DNA from: Octopus vulgaris
Lineage: Eukaryota
Assembly (NCBI GenBank): GCA_951406725.2
Contig: OX597828.1
Span: forward strand, 69,316,001 to 69,380,000
DNA length: 64,000 bases
Direction: 5' to 3'
Of the stretch, positions 59,960-64,000 are shown piece after piece; within the stretch, counting starts at the first letter, position 1; every line of letters starts with the position of its first letter. The position numbers were made by a program, and so were the translations under genes. The notes beneath the pieces were generated by a model. The model was not told the origin of the DNA, did not search any database, and saw nothing but the letters and a program-made list of their open reading frames with translations.

Positions 59960-60149
59960 CATGGAAATTTGTATGTTTATTTTACGTATGTATTCTAATG
60001 CATATACTCGCATATCTAGACATGCGCATATATACTCAAACGATAAACCTCTGGAAAGGTTTACAGATTTTTACAGTTCCGTTGATGGATTGGAGCTGTG
60101 GTCTTCTCCCTCCTACTTTTGAGAAACCTAATTCCTCAATGACTGGTAT

Positions 60150-61718
<1,569 letters not shown>

Positions 61719-62151
61719 TCAAAATATGAGTATCTGTGTATTTTTATTCATATCTAGCAGAAGTAACAGAGTGACTCAAGGTCTGAGAGTTTCGTGCGTT
61801 TATCACTTGATGAATGGCACGAAACTCTGGACCCTTGAGTCACTCTATTACTTCTGCAATATGTGCATATGTGTGTGTGTGTTTGCTCTTATATGCTCAT
61901 CTGTGTGTGTGTGTGTTTGTGTGTATGTGCGTGCATGTGTATTAATCATAAGCACACACCTAAGTGTCTACCCGCTAGAAATGAGAGTTAAAATCCTCAT
62001 TTGGACCACCCAAAAATTAACACTGAAAATAACAGAATCAACAGTATCAAGGAGGAGGAGGGTTGAAAGTGAGGATTTCAAAACACTGCAGAAAGAGTTC
62101 TTAACAAATTCGTAAGTGGCTGGTATTTAACCCAAGAATATTACTGGTATA

Positions 62152-62450
62152 TATATATGATTTTTTTGCATAATGAGATAAAAATCCAAGGCTGTGTAGA
62201 TATTAGAACATTTATAGATAGATGGTCTTACAGCTGTTTCTAGGATATTGATTATATCCTCTCATCGGAGACGGTGTGAGAGGAGGGTTAAGTAATCGTT
62301 AATTTAGATTGGATACCTCTCACACCGTCTCCGATGAAGGGATATAATCAATAAATATCCTGGAAACAGCTGTAAGACCATCTATCTATAAATGTTTTAA
62401 TATCTACACAGCCTTGGTTTTGTATCTTATTACGCAAAAAATTCATATAT
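62152..62450. mobile_element. Palindromic PLE/retrozyme-like insert with a complete hammerhead on each arm (62225-62272 minus, 62327-62378 plus)
   Basis: gtct-CCGATGA-agggatat..atatcctg-GAAA-cagctg-TA-agac; arms 62152-62284 / 62316-62450. Confidence 0.8.
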
Positions 62451-62589
62451 ACACACGCTGACATATGACCAACATTGAACCCCTTATTCGCAAAATCACC
62501 GAACCTGGAATTTAACTATGATCTGTCTATAGCACTTAGCATTACCTGACACCTTTGGGTCTCAATGACACCATTACCTCTTATAACAC

Positions 62590-62683
<94 letters not shown>

Positions 62684-62686
<3 letters not shown>

Positions 62687-62883
62687 TAAATAAATGGAGT
62701 TTAACGCAGGTGTAAATCAAATATTTTTACTTTCGACACATGTTTCGAAAATTCCACTGATACTATTCAAAAGAATAAATGGTATAAACAATGCAATCTT
62801 CTCTTCAGGAAAGTGAAAAAGACGAAACTCGTCAATAAGACATTTTAGCAAAAAATGATGTTAACAAGGTAAAAGTACACTCA

Positions 62884-62886
<3 letters not shown>
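62684..62886 (-). mobile_element. Short non-coding derivative of the 938-1617 PLE, with hammerhead at 62729-62814
   Basis: Reverse complement of 617-641 fused to 1441-1617; core CTGAAGA; flanked by (TA)n. Confidence 0.85.
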
Positions 62887-62926
<40 letters not shown>

Positions 62927-62930
<4 letters not shown>

Positions 62931-63258
62931 CCCCCTTCGGTCATGAATGACCATGGGATTGCACCTAGAAAGTTACCCTCCTAGACACAAGTTCGGGCAA
63001 GGTTGTTTATGGAAGACCAGCAGTCGCCCATGCATACCAGCCTCCCCTCTCCACGCCACCAGTGTTATCCAAGGGAAAGACAAAGGTCGATACAGCTTGG
63101 CACCAGTGACGTCGCAACTCATTTCTACAGTTGAGTGAACTGGAGCAACGTGAAATAAAGTGCCTTGCTCAAGAACACAACACGCAGCCCGGCCCGGGAT
63201 TCGAGCTCACAACCTCACGATCGTAAGCTCGACGCTCTAACCACTGAGCCATGCGCCT
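62927..63258 (-). mobile_element. tRNA-derived SINE
   Basis: minus head ggcgcatggctcagtggttagagcgtcg..gagctcgaatcccggg (A/B boxes). Confidence 0.85.
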
Positions 63259-63479
63259 TAATATATATATATTATCAGCTCTGACAGAATGGTATTTGGG
63301 TGTGAGGTGAAGGGATAGCGAATGTTTAAAATACTTCCCTTCCGGCATATTTTCCATCCCAGGTTCAAACTCAGAGGAAAACCAGGAAATAGGTTAAATA
63401 CAGATTTAATTCCGTCGGTTGCTTTATATTCTTTAACATTCTCAACGCAGCGTATTTGGTATCAAGGAATTTGATGATT

Positions 63480-64000
63480 AAGGTGGCGGCGGTAGTGGAG
63501 GTAGAGGCGGAGGAGAGAACGCGGTTTTGGTGGGGTGAGAAGAGAGAGAGAGAGTGATGGCTGTGTGAGTATAACCTTGGGTGGTAGTCAATGGTAGTGA
63601 GTAAAGGTGGTAGGGGGAGGCGTTTGGGTAGGAGGGAATGAAGAGAGAAGTGAAAGTAAAATGGGTGTGGTGGTGATGTTGGTGGTGGAAGAAGCGGCAA
63701 TGGTGTTGAATGTAGTGGCGGGCGAGGGAGTGGGTTGATGTTGGGGGTGGTGATGACGGCGGTGGCAGCAGTGGTGGCGGGGGCGTTGGCAGCAGTGGTG
63801 GCGGGGAAGGTGAAGTGCGGTGAAGCCGTTTGCCTGAGTACAGTGATGGCTGCACGATGGTAGTGGACTGACCTGGAACACTGTAAATATGTAATGTAAT
63901 GTGATTAAATAGGGGTACATGGAGGGGTAGTGATAGTGGGATAGGGGAGTAGTGAGTTAATGGTGGTAGTAAGAGGTAGTTTTAGGAGTGAGGCTGTTGG
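63480..64000. repeat. GGT/GGC-rich low-complexity region
   Basis: Degenerate (GGT)n. Confidence 0.6.

Overview
Eukaryotic, extremely microsatellite-rich DNA. The SINE families, TAA-associated R4/Dong LINEs and TA-flanked Penelope-like pieces suggest a coleoid cephalopod, probably Octopus (inference). Almost all ORFs in the supplied track are microsatellite read-through. Reading the minus strand by splice signals reveals two tandem paralogous intron-containing genes for a small four-transmembrane protein with MS4A/CD20-like topology (family unconfirmed). Gene B spans about 55.1 to 26.2 kb and appears complete. Gene A starts at 7.4 kb and presumably runs off the left edge. In gene B the loop between TM3 and TM4 appears to be encoded by four frame-neutral microexons (9, 9, 9 and 12 nt: ATS, AMT, AIT, VYYT). 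They were multiplied by tandem segmental duplication, the latest a ~5.7 kb unequal crossover, and each has a different coding sequence. The window also holds about a dozen minimal type-I hammerhead ribozyme motifs tied to Penelope-like or retrozyme-like elements. Several sit in fold-back palindromes and two carry a compensatory U3-A8 core. Other elements are a full-length decayed mariner, a Chapaev3-like transposon, Helitron-like elements, MITEs, a CR1/L2-like fragment and many SINEs. All gene models and RNA folds were derived by eye and are unverified by transcript data.
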